Below, piece by piece: positions 16,694-25,687 of a DNA stretch of 40,932 bases. The stretch comes from Clostridia bacterium. Its GTDB lineage: Bacteria; Bacillota; Clostridia; Caldicoprobacterales; UBA3941. The first letter of the stretch is position 1. The number at the start of each line of letters is the position of its first letter. The stretch covers positions 1 to 40,932 of the forward strand of contig DASRNX010000052.1 in NCBI GenBank assembly GCA_035647175.1. Reading direction: 5' to 3'. The position numbers and the translations under genes are program-made. The notes beneath the pieces were generated by a model. The model was not told the DNA's origin. It searched no databases and was given only the letters and a program-made list of their open reading frames with translations.

Positions 16694-17713
16694 ATGGTAA
16701 TCGTAATGAAGGCTAACGCAACGAATGAACAGATAGATGGCGTTGAAGGTTTTTTAACAAACCTCAACTTAGGAGTGCATATCTCTACCGGTTCGGAAAG
16801 AACCATCATCGGGGTAATAGGGGATAAACGAATCCTGATAGATACCTCCCTTGAGATAATGCCGGGGGTGGACAGGCTGGTTCCTATTATGGACCCCTAC
16901 AAATTGGTTGGCAAGACCTTTAGACCCGAATCTACTGTCGTAAATATTAAGGGAGTCGAGATAGGCGGCACCTCCTTGATTATGATGGCAGGCCCCTGCG
17001 CCGTGGAAAGTGAAGAACAGCTCATGGAAACCGCTACTTTCTTAAAGAAACATGGGGTTCAATTCATGCGCGGTGGTGCTTACAAGCCTCGGACCTCCCC
17101 CTATTCCTTTCAGGGTTTGGGAGAAGAAGGTCTTAAACTGCTGGCCCGGGTCCGAGAGGAGACGGGATTATTGATCATCTCGGAAGTGGTAAGCAATGAC
17201 TCCTTGGAAAAGGCGCTTCAGTACGTAGATGTACTCCAGATTGGAGCCAGGAATATGCAAAATTTTGATCTGTTGCAGCATGTGGGAAAATCCAAGATGC
17301 CGGTGGTCCTCAAGAGGGGTCTGTCCTCCAGTATTGAAGAGTGGTTAAATGCGGCGGAGTACATCCTAAGTGAAGGCAATTATCAGGTGATACTCTGCGA
17401 ACGGGGTATCAGAACCTTCGAGACCGCTACCCGAAACACCCTTGACCTCAGCAGTGTCCCCCTTATAAAGGAGATCAGTCATCTTCCCATAATAGTGGAT
17501 CCCAGCCATGGTACAGGCAAGTGGAGTCTGGTTACTCCAATGGCCCGTGCCGGCATCGCCGCCGGAGCCGATGGGTTGATCGTTGAGGTGCATCCAAACC
17601 CTCAACTAGCCCTCTCTGACGGTAATCAATCCCTTAACTTTGAAAGTTTTTCGGCGTTGATGGACGAGATCCGCAAGATTGCCCCCATCTTAAAGCGGGA
17701 GCTCCCGCAATGA
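16694..17713 (+). CDS. aroF: 3-deoxy-7-phosphoheptulonate (DAHP) synthase, type I-beta with N-terminal ACT/ferredoxin-like regulatory domain
   Basis: The core contains [23 protein letters not shown] and DPSHGTG. A ~75-aa N-terminal extension ([17 protein letters not shown]...) resembles the extension of the Thermotoga-type enzyme. Confidence 0.85.
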   Translation: MVIVMKANATNEQIDGVEGFLTNLNLGVHISTGSERTIIGVIGDKRILIDTSLEIMPGVDRLVPIMDPYKLVGKTFRPESTVVNIKGVEIGGTSLIMMAGPCAVESEEQLMETATFLKKHGVQFMRGGAYKPRTSPYSFQGLGEEGLKLLARVREETGLLIISEVVSNDSLEKALQYVDVLQIGARNMQNFDLLQHVGKSKMPVVLKRGLSSSIEEWLNAAEYILSEGNYQVILCERGIRTFETATRNTLDLSSVPLIKEISHLPIIVDPSHGTGKWSLVTPMARAGIAAGADGLIVEVHPNPQLALSDGNQSLNFESFSALMDEIRKIAPILKRELPQ

Positions 17714-18819
17714 CCTTCCATAGGATATGTATCGTTGGTTTGGGACTTATTGGGGGGTCATTGGCGAAGGCTATCAAGAGGAGCAATCCCCAATCCTTTA
17801 TCACAGCTGTGGATTCCGACCAAAAAAGCCTGGATGATGCATTCCTTGATAAAGTAGTTGATAAGGTGACCGCTGATTTATATGAGGCTGTTGAAGGTGC
17901 GGAATTGATCTTTATCTGTACTCCCGTTCATACCATATCCCCCCAACTTGAAAGGATTGCTCCAGTATTGGATAAGGATACAATAATAACCGATGTGGGA
18001 AGTACCAAACAAGAAATCATGAAAGCTGCCGGGAAAATCGAGGCTATAAATCAGGACGGGGCTGTTTTTATAGGCGGGCATCCCATGGCAGGTACCCAGC
18101 ATTCGGGCTATGAGGCATCCCTTCCCCATCTCTTTGAAAACGCCTACTATCTCCTTACCCCCCTTGATTCTACACCGGCTTGGGCTGTGGAATCATTGAA
18201 GAAGCTTTTGTTGTCCATAGGTGCGTTGCCCATGGTTATGGCCGCAAAGGATCATGATAAAATCATCGGCGCCATAAGCCATCTCCCCCACGTTGTAGCT
18301 GCTGCTTTGGTAAACACAGTAGCAAAGTTGGAGGACCCTTCCCTGTTATATATGAAACTGGCCGCCGGCGGATTTAGGGATATAACTAGAATCGCCTCTT
18401 CGAATCCCGAGATGTGGAAGAGTATATGTATGGATAATAAAGAGGAGCTGGTGGCACATATTACCGGTATAAACAGGCAGTTGGATACCTTTACCCGGAT
18501 GCTATTGGGGGATGAGGAAACCGAAGTCGAGGATTTTTTTGCCTCTGCAAGGGCTTACCGCGACAATCTGCCGGCCAGACAGGCCCATAGCCTTCTGTCC
18601 TACTATGATCTTTATGTGGATGTAGAGGACCAGCCTGGGGTTATCGGCGATGTTGCTACAATTTTGGGGAAACATCTAATCAATATAAAGAATTTGCGGA
18701 TCATCAATAGCCGAGAAGGCGAGCCCGGATCCCTTATTATTTCCCTGTCCGATTCAACCTCCTTGGAAAGGGCACGAAAGGTCCTTGGGGAAAATGGTTA
18801 TGATACCTTTACCAAATAG
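17710..18819 (+). CDS. tyrA: Prephenate dehydrogenase with C-terminal ACT domain
   Basis: Rossmann motif IVGLGLIGGSLA, GGHPMAG, and a C-terminal ACT-like segment LYVDVEDQPGVIGDVATILG. There is a 4-nt ATGA overlap with aroF. Confidence 0.85.
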   Translation: MTFHRICIVGLGLIGGSLAKAIKRSNPQSFITAVDSDQKSLDDAFLDKVVDKVTADLYEAVEGAELIFICTPVHTISPQLERIAPVLDKDTIITDVGSTKQEIMKAAGKIEAINQDGAVFIGGHPMAGTQHSGYEASLPHLFENAYYLLTPLDSTPAWAVESLKKLLLSIGALPMVMAAKDHDKIIGAISHLPHVVAAALVNTVAKLEDPSLLYMKLAAGGFRDITRIASSNPEMWKSICMDNKEELVAHITGINRQLDTFTRMLLGDEETEVEDFFASARAYRDNLPARQAHSLLSYYDLYVDVEDQPGVIGDVATILGKHLINIKNLRIINSREGEPGSLIISLSDSTSLERARKVLGENGYDTFTK

Positions 18820-18941
18820 CCTTAAACGGATTTCTTGCCCCCTATAGGGTGGCAGCGGCGCAATAATAACATGTTTACACCGGGGACTAAGTGTTTTTGG
18901 AATATATCATTTGAAATACATCATGCTGGGGGGAATCGAAG

Positions 18942-20234
18942 TTGGACATAGTGCTTTCTTGTGGAAATCGGTTAAGGGGCACAATTCATATTCCCGGGGA
19001 TAAATCCATATCCCATCGGGGTATTATCTTTGGCGCCCTGGCCCGGGGTACTACACGACTTGGGAACTTTCTTATGGCTGATGACTGCATAAACACGATC
19101 AATATATTCAGACAGATGGGCATAGGGATAGATATAAAAGATCATAGCACTGTCATAGTACAGGGAAAAGGTCTGTACGGACTTTCTAAGCCCGATAACC
19201 TGTTAGATGCGGGCAATTCAGGGACCACGGCCAGGCTTCTCATGGGTCTTCTGGCAGGACAGAATTTTGATTCCACCCTAACCGGGGACGATTCTTTAAG
19301 GAGCAGACCCATGGATAGGGTAATAATTCCCCTGAGGCAAATGGGCGCACAGATTGAGGGGATCAAAGGCAGTAATTTTCTTCCCATCACCGTCAGCGGT
19401 AAGGGAGCCACCCTAAAGGCTATGGATTATACCATGCCTGTGGCCAGCGCACAAGTCAAATCCTCCATAATTCTTGCATCCCTCTATGCCCATAAGAGCT
19501 CGTATATTCACCAGCCTGCAATTTCCCGGAACCATACGGAAATAATGCTTGGGACCTTTGGGGGGAGAATCCATACCCAAGGAAAGACCGTCACTACCTT
19601 TCCTGGGGCGATGCTTTATGGGCAGGATTTGGTTATACCCGGGGACATCTCTTCGGCCGCCTATTTTATTACGGCCGCCCTTTTAGTGCCCGATTCGGAG
19701 ATAGTCTTAAAAAACGTCGGGATAAATCCTACCCGCTCCGGTATACTCGATGTGTACCGGGCTATGGGTGCATCAATAGACGTGGAGGAAATTCATACCG
19801 GAGGACAAGAACCCTCAGCGAATATTATCGTTAAAAGCTCCCAATTAAAAGGCACCGTAATCGAAGGTTCGCTTATCCCGAGGTTGATTGACGAGCTGCC
19901 TATAATAGCCTTGGCGGCTACTCAAGCCGAGGGAACCACCGTTATAAAGGATGCGGCGGAATTAAGGGTCAAGGAATCCGACAGAATCGATTCGACCGTT
20001 GCCATTCTGAAGGAATTTGGCGCCGATGCAGAAGCTACCCCGGATGGAATGATCATTCGCGGGCCTGCACCCCTATCTGGGACCGGGCTCAGGCCGGGCT
20101 CGGATCATAGGGCGGTTATGATGGCGGCAATAGCCGGACTAATAGCCCAAGGTTCCACAACCATCCGGGATGCAAATTGGGTTAATATATCCTACCCGGG
20201 CTTCTTTGCCCAGATAGAAGCGCTCCGATGCTAG
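18942..20234 (+). CDS. aroA: 3-phosphoshikimate 1-carboxyvinyltransferase (EPSP synthase)
   Basis: IPGDKSISHR, AGNSGTTARLL and KESDRI. The TTG start follows a GGGGGG run. Confidence 0.9.
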   Translation: MDIVLSCGNRLRGTIHIPGDKSISHRGIIFGALARGTTRLGNFLMADDCINTINIFRQMGIGIDIKDHSTVIVQGKGLYGLSKPDNLLDAGNSGTTARLLMGLLAGQNFDSTLTGDDSLRSRPMDRVIIPLRQMGAQIEGIKGSNFLPITVSGKGATLKAMDYTMPVASAQVKSSIILASLYAHKSSYIHQPAISRNHTEIMLGTFGGRIHTQGKTVTTFPGAMLYGQDLVIPGDISSAAYFITAALLVPDSEIVLKNVGINPTRSGILDVYRAMGASIDVEEIHTGGQEPSANIIVKSSQLKGTVIEGSLIPRLIDELPIIALAATQAEGTTVIKDAAELRVKESDRIDSTVAILKEFGADAEATPDGMIIRGPAPLSGTGLRPGSDHRAVMMAAIAGLIAQGSTTIRDANWVNISYPGFFAQIEALRC

Positions 20235-20296
20235 ACATCGAGGCGCTTTGTTCATGTACGATATGCTTTTTGGCATTCCATATATCTGACCGATCA

Positions 20297-20965
20297 TTAC
20301 TCCAGCTCTTTGCGATACTTTTCCATGGAGATCTTAAACAGTTCCCCGGGGGTTGGCGGCGTGTAGGTGATGGCATTTGCCCCCGCTTCAACAGTCCTAA
20401 TGATAGTTTCATCATTGGGTCCTCCCGTTGCGATGATAGGCACTTCGGGAAATTCGTCCCTTATCCTTTTGACTATGTCTATGGTCTTACCGGCCCCTGA
20501 AACGTTTAGAATACTAGCCCCCGCCTCTAGGCGAGATTGAATGTCCGTTTTCTCGGAGATGACGGTTACTACTATGGGTATATCGATGGTGGCACGCACC
20601 GCCATTATGGTTTCGTTGTCGGTAGGAGCATTTACCACTACGCCTATGGCCCCCTCAAACTCTGCGTCCAGGGCGAGGTTTACTACCCTCTTCCCTGTAG
20701 TCACCCCTCCCCCTACACCGCAAAACACCGGAACATCGGCGGCCATGGTTATGGCTTTGGTTATGGCCGGCTGGGGCGTAAATGGATATACGGCTATTAT
20801 AGCATCCGCATTGATATTCTTTATCACGGCTACATCGGTAGTAAATGCCAGTGACTTGATTCTCTTACCGAATATTTTTATGCCCGTTGCCTTCCGGATA
20901 CTGTCCGGCACCTCTATCATATGTCTTCTTAAGGTCCCCCTTATCTCAGGTACAAATCTTTCCAT
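20297..20965 (-). CDS. Conserved-looking protein of unknown function, alternating beta/alpha (TIM-barrel-like) pattern
   Basis: 222 aa with an ATG after GAGGGAGGGA. It has Gly-rich phosphate-binding-like loops (CGVGGGVTTG, IIATGGPND). I cannot assign a family. Confidence 0.5.
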   Translation of the reverse strand: MERFVPEIRGTLRRHMIEVPDSIRKATGIKIFGKRIKSLAFTTDVAVIKNINADAIIAVYPFTPQPAITKAITMAADVPVFCGVGGGVTTGKRVVNLALDAEFEGAIGVVVNAPTDNETIMAVRATIDIPIVVTVISEKTDIQSRLEAGASILNVSGAGKTIDIVKRIRDEFPEVPIIATGGPNDETIIRTVEAGANAITYTPPTPGELFKISMEKYRKELE

Positions 20966-21177
20966 CTTGTCCCTCCCTCAAGCTTTATTATAACGATAAT
21001 TTAACCCATTACAGGGTCTAAAGTGCCCATGGTGATTGCTTAACATTCGCCCTAGCGCCAATCCATATAGAGCAAGCCTTATTTAGCATAAAAAATCGGT
21101 CCCATTCCCCTTACCCTATTTTAACATACTACCAAAGGCTTTAGAAACCCCCTCTATGGATAAAAAGACCCCCGTTA

Positions 21178-21348
21178 TCAACTAACGAAGGCCAAGCAGT
21201 TGTAATATATTTGTGCAACCATCAGGGTACTTTGCGATTGTTGCGCATCCGTACCAAATATCCACCATAATACGAAGGCTATAACGATGACAGCTATGAC
21301 GGCAACCAACCACTTCAACGTATTCTTACGGAAATAAAAAATTTGCAT
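21178..21348 (-). CDS. Possible small single-pass membrane protein
   Basis: 56 aa counted from the ATG that follows GGGGGTG. It has one hydrophobic helix (WLVAVIAVIVIAFVLWWIF). No similarity was recognised, and it may not be expressed. Confidence 0.3.
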   Translation of the reverse strand: MQIFYFRKNTLKWLVAVIAVIVIAFVLWWIFGTDAQQSQSTLMVAQIYYNCLAFVS

Positions 21349-21423
21349 CCACACACCCCCACGGCACAATTTTCATACACTGGCATTATATAAATATGCC
21401 CGAAGGTGTGTTATTATTACTGC

Positions 21424-22194
21424 CTAGGAGGTCAATCTTTTCAGCAGCGCTAAGGATGCAGGTCCTTCTTTATTTATGTCCTTTGTACCGGCTTCAATGC
21501 TGACTCTGCCCCCATAGCCAATATCACCTAAGTTGGTAAAAAAATCGTTGTATATATCCTCGGATTCATCAAGGGGAAAGGTCCTGGTTTGCCCCTGGGC
21601 TATATGTGTGTGAACCAAAATATCGGCTGTGGTTTCCCCAATAACCCCCATGGGCTCGTCTTCCATCCTCATATGATAAAAGTCCGCCAACAATTTTACG
21701 TTGGGGTGCCGAACCTCATCAACAAACTTAATTCCCTGAGCCAGGGAGTTTATAATATTTGTTTCCTTCTTATTTAGTGGTTCCACCGCTACCGTAATGT
21801 TATATGGAAGGGCCAATTCACCTATCAACCCGGCAACCTCAACAAGACCCTTCCATCCGTCCTCAAAAACCCAATCCGAAGGAACCCTACGGGCCCCGCC
21901 GCTGCCGAAGACGACTATTTGGGCTCCGAGTCCCGCTATTCTTTCAAAGGCATCCTTTAGATAATCGCGTATTTTACACAGATCAGCTTCAGGACCGATA
22001 AGTCTTATATCACCCGGAAACAGCACATTAAATGTCTCGCATCCGATCCCGGCATCTTTTATTTTCTTAAGCGCCTCCTTGTATTCTATGCTACTCATCT
22101 GGACGATGCCCGTAACCGTCGGTTCAATATAGTCGAACCCAAGCCCTTCAACCGCTTTGATTTCTTCAATAGGTCTGCATATTCCTATTCTCAT
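21424..22194 (-). CDS. Xylose-isomerase-like TIM-barrel protein (sugar phosphate isomerase/epimerase family)
   Basis: 256 aa with the AP_endonuc_2-type pattern: ...VVFGSGGAR..., VAVEPLN, DFYHM, and a C-terminal GYGGRVSIE. Confidence 0.75.
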   Translation of the reverse strand: MRIGICRPIEEIKAVEGLGFDYIEPTVTGIVQMSSIEYKEALKKIKDAGIGCETFNVLFPGDIRLIGPEADLCKIRDYLKDAFERIAGLGAQIVVFGSGGARRVPSDWVFEDGWKGLVEVAGLIGELALPYNITVAVEPLNKKETNIINSLAQGIKFVDEVRHPNVKLLADFYHMRMEDEPMGVIGETTADILVHTHIAQGQTRTFPLDESEDIYNDFFTNLGDIGYGGRVSIEAGTKDINKEGPASLALLKRLTS

Positions 22195-22195
22195 A

Positions 22196-23356
22196 CTAAT
22201 AGGTCCCTTCTACGTCCAGAGCCTTATCCCCTGCGGTTCCCTTTTGAAATGTGGAGCCCTGGATCTTTTCCTTCAGTTTTTGGTAGAAGAGATCTTCATC
22301 CAAGGGAATGCTTACCCAGCCGTCAGTCCATGAAGATAGGTGCATAGCATTGGATATGGTCAAACCGTTAATACCCTCGATGCCTGGGGATAAAAGCGGA
22401 GTCCCCTTTACAATAGCGTTTACCCAGTCCTGGGTAATTCCCTGATGGGCTGTCTCTTCCCCCGAAATGGGTATCTCGCATTTCCAGCACTCCGGTTCAC
22501 CAAACCCGCCTTTGTATTCTCTGTTGAATTGCCTTTCTGAAACCCTCAGCCTCCAGAACGTTAGCTTACCGTCTTCCGCTATCAATTTACCCCGATCCCC
22601 GGTAATTTCAAGCCTATTGGTTCCGGGAGCATCCCCTGTGGATGTGATGAAAACCCCTGTGGCGCCGTTGGGATATTCAACGTATGCCGTCACATCGTCG
22701 TCTACTTCTATATCGTGGTATTTACCGTAGCTTATGAAGGCCTGAACCTTCTCCGGCATTCCGCATATCCATTGCCAGAGATCCAAATTATGGGGACATT
22801 GGTTAAGCAAAACCCCACCGCCTTCACCTGCCCAAGTAGCTCTCCAGCCCCCGGAGTCATAATAGCTCTGGGCCCTATACCAATTGGTAATTATCCAGTT
22901 GGTTCTCTTTAGTTCGCCCAGTTCCCCGGATTCTACCAGATCCTTCATCTTTTGATACAGGGGGTTTGTGCGCTGGTTGTACATAATGCTAAATATCCTA
23001 TCGCTCTTGTTTGCCGCATCGTTCATCTCACGGACCTGTTTGGTGTATACCCCCGCCGGTTTCTCCAGCAAAACGTGTAGGTTGTTATTGAATGCCTCTA
23101 TTACTAGGGACGGATGATCGTAATGCGGAGTCGCAATAATAACCCCATCGACTAACCCCGATGAATACATGCTGTCCGAGTTTTCGAACAACTCTACTCC
23201 GTTTCCGATATTATCCCTAGCCCACTCCAGCCTTTTGGGATTTATATCGCATAGCGCCGTTAATTCTGCGTTTTTAACCTTGTTTTGAGACAGGTACATT
23301 GCATGGGCGCTGCCCATGTTCCCGATACCTACTATACCTATTCTTACCTTGTCCAT
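22196..23356 (-). CDS. Gfo/Idh/MocA-family NAD(P)-dependent oxidoreductase
   Basis: N-terminal Rossmann motif IGIVGIGNMGSAH and the EKP motif LLEKPAG. Its stop lies 1 nt before the next start. Confidence 0.85.
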   Translation of the reverse strand: MDKVRIGIVGIGNMGSAHAMYLSQNKVKNAELTALCDINPKRLEWARDNIGNGVELFENSDSMYSSGLVDGVIIATPHYDHPSLVIEAFNNNLHVLLEKPAGVYTKQVREMNDAANKSDRIFSIMYNQRTNPLYQKMKDLVESGELGELKRTNWIITNWYRAQSYYDSGGWRATWAGEGGGVLLNQCPHNLDLWQWICGMPEKVQAFISYGKYHDIEVDDDVTAYVEYPNGATGVFITSTGDAPGTNRLEITGDRGKLIAEDGKLTFWRLRVSERQFNREYKGGFGEPECWKCEIPISGEETAHQGITQDWVNAIVKGTPLLSPGIEGINGLTISNAMHLSSWTDGWVSIPLDEDLFYQKLKEKIQGSTFQKGTAGDKALDVEGTY

Positions 23357-23477
23357 ATTAGTCGTCCCTTCCCTTCATCCACATTTTTAAGAAAGCATAA
23401 CGTTTGCAATATATTATTTTGACCGGTTTTGATCATAAGTATCGTTTATAATCGCTATCCAGATCAAAGGGTTCCAT

Positions 23478-23504
23478 AGTTAACGCCGGATGTCCGGGTT
23501 AACT
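23478..23504 (-). terminator. Strong stem-loop after the TIM-barrel gene (terminator-like, no U-tract)
   Basis: AGTTAAC-g-CCGG-atgt-CCGG-GTTAACT gives 11 bp with one bulge and a 4-nt loop, 19 nt after the stop at 23523. Confidence 0.35.
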
Positions 23505-23522
23505 AGCAGCACAACGGATCAA

Positions 23523-24296
23523 TTACGAATCCAGGCCCAGTTTCTGTAGATTCTTAAGACTAATCTCCAGACTCTCGAAAGGATCCCTCTGGCAGATATC
23601 CTGTTCCACCGCTGCCCATTCTATCTTGTTCTTTATGCTGGCATCTATGATGTCCGGCCAATTAAGATTGCCTTCCCCGACCTCTGCCATTATCTGCTTA
23701 ACATCCTTGCTTATGGCCATATCCTTGTAATGGATTACCTGCATCCTGTTTCCGACCTTATTGATCCAATCAACTGGATTGCATCCGCCGGCCTGAACCC
23801 AATAGGTATCGATTTCAAACCCGAAGGCTGCGGGGTCGGATTCGTTTAGCAGGATATCCATGCCCAATACCCCGTCAAACTTAATAAATTCAAAATGATG
23901 GTTATGGTAGATAAACTGTAATCCATTATCAGCCAGTTTCTTTCCGATCTCCGATGCCTCCTTGGCAAATGCCCGATATCCTTCCTTACTGGATTGGTAT
24001 TCGCCGGGCATACTTCCTACCCCAACATATTTGCAGTTCCATAGTCTATGCTGGTTTATAACATCGTCTAAGTTTTCCTTCATGCTGTCAAAGCCGATAT
24101 GAGTAGCACAAATGGTTAAGCCGTGGCGGTCCATAATATCCTTTACCTGCTGATGCTCCATGGGCCCTATCCCTGAAACCTGCACTGCGTTGTAGCCCAT
24201 GTCCTTAATCCTTTCCATGCTCTTGTCCAGCTCGCCCGGCGTTTTAGTAAAATCTCGTATAGTGTAGAGCTGCGCTGCTATTTTAGGTTTTTGCAT
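23523..24296 (-). CDS. Xylose-isomerase-like TIM-barrel protein (sugar phosphate isomerase/epimerase family)
   Basis: 257 aa with LYTIRD, YHNHHFEF, and a C-terminal GEGNLNWPDII...AAVEQD pattern. Confidence 0.75.
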   Translation of the reverse strand: MQKPKIAAQLYTIRDFTKTPGELDKSMERIKDMGYNAVQVSGIGPMEHQQVKDIMDRHGLTICATHIGFDSMKENLDDVINQHRLWNCKYVGVGSMPGEYQSSKEGYRAFAKEASEIGKKLADNGLQFIYHNHHFEFIKFDGVLGMDILLNESDPAAFGFEIDTYWVQAGGCNPVDWINKVGNRMQVIHYKDMAISKDVKQIMAEVGEGNLNWPDIIDASIKNKIEWAAVEQDICQRDPFESLEISLKNLQKLGLDS

Positions 24297-24316
24297 AGTA
24301 TAACACTCCTTCTTTA

Positions 24317-25348
24317 TTACATATCATCTATCATTACTCTGTTTCCCGTTGAAGATGATTTGTAGATTCCGTCCAATATCTGCAGGGTCCACATGCCCTC
24401 CTCCACGGGAATAATGGCTTTCCCTGCACCGTTCATAATATTTTTGTAGAAATGCCTTATAAGGGTATCATGACTCTTCCCCCAGTAGGATTTATAGGGG
24501 GATGTTTCCGAGTTCTCGTCGATGAGTTTTTCCGATTTGCCATCCTCCACCCTTATAAGCTCGTTATCGTATATCCTCAGCATTCCTTTATCCATATGTA
24601 TTTCAACCTCTACGGCCGAATTATCGGTATAGCAGTTAGTGGCATAAAAGATACCCCTGGCACCGTTTTTAAAGTACAAGGTGGCCTCCGCGGTATCCTC
24701 TACCTCTATTACATCCTTTAAGGTTCTGGTGGATACATTTCCTTGTATGGATTCCACCTCACCCACCAGCCAGCGCATGAGGTCCAATGTATGTATAGAT
24801 TGGTTTATGAGCACTCCCCCGCCTTCGGTTTGGAAGCTGCCTCTCCAGCCGCTTTCCATATAGTAATCCGCATCCCGAAACCAGGTGACCAATCCTTTTA
24901 CTCCCCTAACTCCACCCATCTCCCCGCTCCTAATGATCTCTTTTGCTTTAATAGAGGTGGGGTTAAACCTGTTTTGAAAGTTAATGGTTATGTATTTGTT
25001 GTTATCCCTGGCGGCCTTCGCCATCGCCTTGGCCTGCTCTAAGTTTATGGCAGCGGGTTTTTCAACCAGGACATGCTTCCCCGCGTTTACTGCATCAATG
25101 GCCATTTGGCTATGTAAGTAATGGGGCGTACATATATGTACTATATTGACCCCCGGATCTTTCAGGGCCTCCCGGTAGTCGGTGCACCAGCCCCCGCCAT
25201 ATTCCTTAGCCGAAGCCTTCGCCCTATCTTCTTTAAGATCCACAAACCATAGAATTTTGCCCATACCGTTATTCATAATAGCATCTGCATGAACCCTGTG
25301 GATCGCTCCACATCCTATAATAGCTACCCCAAAACCTTCCATATCCAT
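24317..25348 (-). CDS. Gfo/Idh/MocA-family oxidoreductase
   Basis: VAIIGCGAIHRVH Rossmann motif and LVEKPAA. Confidence 0.85.
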   Translation of the reverse strand: MDMEGFGVAIIGCGAIHRVHADAIMNNGMGKILWFVDLKEDRAKASAKEYGGGWCTDYREALKDPGVNIVHICTPHYLHSQMAIDAVNAGKHVLVEKPAAINLEQAKAMAKAARDNNKYITINFQNRFNPTSIKAKEIIRSGEMGGVRGVKGLVTWFRDADYYMESGWRGSFQTEGGGVLINQSIHTLDLMRWLVGEVESIQGNVSTRTLKDVIEVEDTAEATLYFKNGARGIFYATNCYTDNSAVEVEIHMDKGMLRIYDNELIRVEDGKSEKLIDENSETSPYKSYWGKSHDTLIRHFYKNIMNGAGKAIIPVEEGMWTLQILDGIYKSSSTGNRVMIDDM

Positions 25349-25446
25349 TCCTCTTTCCTCGGGATCCCCGATTAATATACTAATGTCTTAAGCATTGCCT
25401 CCACTATAATAACTCGGCATGTCTAAGAAAAATGAACCGGTATACC

Positions 25447-25461
25447 AGGTTAAGTTAACCT
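25447..25461. promoter_or_regulatory. Perfect 7-1-7 palindrome AGGTTAA-g-TTAACCT, candidate operator
   Basis: It lies 7 nt downstream of the -10 element listed below, at or just after the predicted transcription start of the sugar cluster. Confidence 0.4.
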
Positions 25462-25467
25462 ATAATA

Positions 25468-25495
25468 ATTATAGCATCGACCGTACATTAGTCAA
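25468..25495 (-). promoter_or_regulatory. Near-consensus sigma-A promoter of the oxidoreductase/TIM-barrel cluster
   Basis: On the minus strand: TTGACT (25495-25490), 16 nt, TATAAT (25473-25468). The -35 element is embedded in the inverted repeat GTACATT-4 nt-AATGTAC (25483-25500). Confidence 0.6.
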
Positions 25496-25687
25496 TGTAC
25501 AAAATCTCTGCCCCCGAGCCATGCCCTAAGGGTTTTCGCATCCTCTAAATACTGATCTACTCTGTCGTCTTTCACAAATTCGATTAATGCATAGTGATCC
25601 CCCGGAATATCTTCAAGTAATTTTATATAGTCATGCCATTCCCGACGTCCGTGATCCAAAGGTAACCGGTTCCCGTATATCCGGGCC

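Noticed and set aside
16465-16809. 114-aa minus-strand ORF covering part of the tandem repeats and the aroF start
   Set aside because: It runs through degenerate repeats and the aroF 5' end and has no translation signals. It is most likely open by chance.
20541-20993. 150-aa and 105-aa plus-strand ORFs opposite the 222-aa gene
   Set aside because: They are shadow frames of the minus-strand gene, which has the good RBS and a domain-like sequence.
23478-23504. GTTAAC-N13-GTTAAC as a BirA operator (birA is in the window)
   Set aside because: The half-sites lack the flanking T/A of the TGTTAAC...GTTAACA consensus as I recall it. The site lies between two sugar-metabolism genes rather than upstream of bio genes. 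The inner CCGG/CCGG pairing fits a plain RNA hairpin better.
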